A stretch of 63,630 nt of DNA, filler included, from Polymyxa betae A26-41 (lineage: Eukaryota > Protista > Endomyxa: Phytomyxea), in assembly GCA_003693705.1 (NCBI GenBank). It is 13 parts of 13 records of this genome, joined end to end, with 100 filler letters (N's around TTAATTAATTAA, not from the genome) between each part and the next. Parts side by side here need not be neighbours in the genome. Positions count along the whole stretch, not along the records: positions 62,063 to 63,630 come from RBZT01000047.1; 12 more parts are not named here. One strand, written 5' to 3'. Below, one piece after another: positions 62,063 to 63,630 of the stretch (its first letter is position 1; each line of letters starts with the position of its first letter). A program made the translations under genes and the position numbers. The notes under the pieces are model-generated. The model saw only the letters and a list, made by a program, of their open reading frames with translations, made no database searches and was not told the DNA's origin.

Positions 62063-63630
62063 CTTAACAGCGAGCCCGCATAAGCAGTCAGCGTTTTCAG
62101 TGAATCGTCAACCATTGGATCAGCAGTAAGCGTTACCATTTTGTCGTTAATGGAAGCACGAATGATTTTGGAGGCTGTAGCCTTTTCAACGCGTTCGAAA
62201 CCGTCGATAATTCTTGCCAACGTCGAGTTAGAAACCAGAGAACACTTAACATGGTAGTTCACCATCTCCTGACGTTGTGTCGACGATATTCCAGCCACAA
62301 AGTGAATGTAGGCGAAAGCCCATTTTTCTTGTTTAGCCTTAAGTGTAGTCAGATATGAAGACGCTTCTTCCCATCGACCCTCCATGAGCTGAAATTCAAG
62401 GAGGTACTCCTCCACGTCTTCAATGGCACCCACGCGCCAGAAGTCGTCCAAGAAGTCGCTCAGCTTCGACCGCAAAACGGATCCCAGAGCACGATTGATA
62501 TTTTGTGCGATGTGAAAATGACAAAGAAGATGCACGGATTGTGGCCAGGTCTGTTGAATTGCGCGAGCCAACTCGGTATCGCCGTCCGAAAATATCACCA
62601 CGGGATCCAGACGAGTGGAGATGCGGAATTTCTCAAGGACCCAGCAATAGGATTTACACCTTTCATTCGAAACAAGACTCCCCCCAATAAGCGTGGTCAG
62701 ACCGTTGTTGTCCACTACAGTGAACAGAATCAAAGGCATGCCGAACCTGTAGCAATGTCAGCTGCGTCCTAGTTCAGAATTTAAATGCCAGCACCTATTG
62801 GTCTTATATGTCGGTCAATCTCTAAGACATCGCTGAAGCACAAGTATTTTTGCTTTCCTGTCGCCGAAATCCAAAAAATTCGCTCAAGTTTAAGGGATGT
62901 CTTATTTAACTCTTGAAACACTTCCCATCCTTCTGCAGCTCTGTCCTCCAGCATCTTAACGAATTGATGAGCTTCGTGCATTCTGTTGCAAAACTTCTGG
63001 AACAAGTTTTGGACGTCTCGAACGGACCAAGTAACCGCAACATCAGGGAATTCCTCCTTTTCGATAAAAGTCATTATTTGAGAGCACTTTGAGACCCCGT
63101 GCTCGTTCAATTCGATCATCTTTGCTTGTATATCATCAGGGATGAAGCGGTTTTGTGGCAACGCTCCGAGTTCGTCCGGACTAAATAATTCGTGATTGTG
63201 CTTGTTTGCAACCTCATAAACTTCATACTGATATGAATCTGAAGCGAGAACGAAACGGAGACGGACGTAGAATGGACAATCACATTTTCTACTGGGTTTC
63301 AGTCTCTGGGAGTCTTCTGGAACACTAGACTTTTTCCATTCGTAGACTCCGCTTCGAAAACACAAGAATCTCACATATCTTAGCGTTTGCGCTTTGCTGT
63401 TTCAGAGGACAACCAGCAAACTGGACACATGCCTTACGGGCCAACTCGAGTGAGTCGAAAACTGCCCCGACGTAAATTGTTTCGCTGTCGCACCGAACAC
63501 AAGTTGGCGCGTCTCCATCAGAAAGATGTTTGCTCTCAGAGTTCGCGTCGTCGAGTTCACATTGAACAGACGTATCATCTTCCAGGGAGACGCCATCATC
63601 AACGTTCTCGATGGGGGCATCTTCCCAGAT
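62063..63630 (-). mobile_element. MULE/Mutator (FAR1-type) transposase, disrupted
   Basis: FAR1-like CFRSG...SRKCDCPF...HNHEL; MULE MPLILFTVVDNNG, IFSDGD, HLLCHFHI, STQRQEMVN. Confidence 0.92.

Noticed and set aside
1-63630. Fanzor/TnpB cargo, tyrosine recombinase, Helitron Rep or viral/Polinton genes
   Set aside because: No RuvC triad with zinc finger, RHRY tetrad, HUH/helicase or capsid/pPolB motifs were seen by eye. A profile search would be needed to exclude decayed copies.

Overview
This window is not contiguous DNA. It is 13 short eukaryotic contigs joined by an artificial 100-nt linker (N-run, TTAATTAATTAA, N-run), so neighbourhood across a linker carries no meaning. It is a transposon-dense, decaying compartment: Ty3/gypsy remnants (including a chromovirus 3' end), Ty1/copia, several LTR families, and pogo, mariner, hAT (with one intact MITE with an 8-bp TSD), PIF/Harbinger, CACTA-like and MULE DNA transposons. 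Host genes lie between them: an alpha/beta hydrolase, a tandem BTB pair, a GnT-I/MGAT1-like glycosyltransferase with other GT-like remnants, an APC-transporter pseudogene, and several signal-peptide proteins. Short (about 45-60 nt) GT-AG introns, secreted ankyrin proteins, TTTAGGG-like motifs and oomycete-like TE families suggest a protist plant parasite such as a plasmodiophorid; this is inference only. I found no rRNA, tRNA, CRISPR array or recognisable Fanzor/TnpB, and I cannot claim a proven new system. The best leads are (i) a secreted Tyr-rich 9-aa-repeat peptide resembling plant sulfotyrosine hormones, in a three-gene secreted cluster on a contig with inverted ends, (ii) a protein built from a tandem, intron-conserved module that I do not recognise, and (iii) a GnT-I carrying a GnT-V-like Cys-rich tail within a possible glycosyltransferase cluster.
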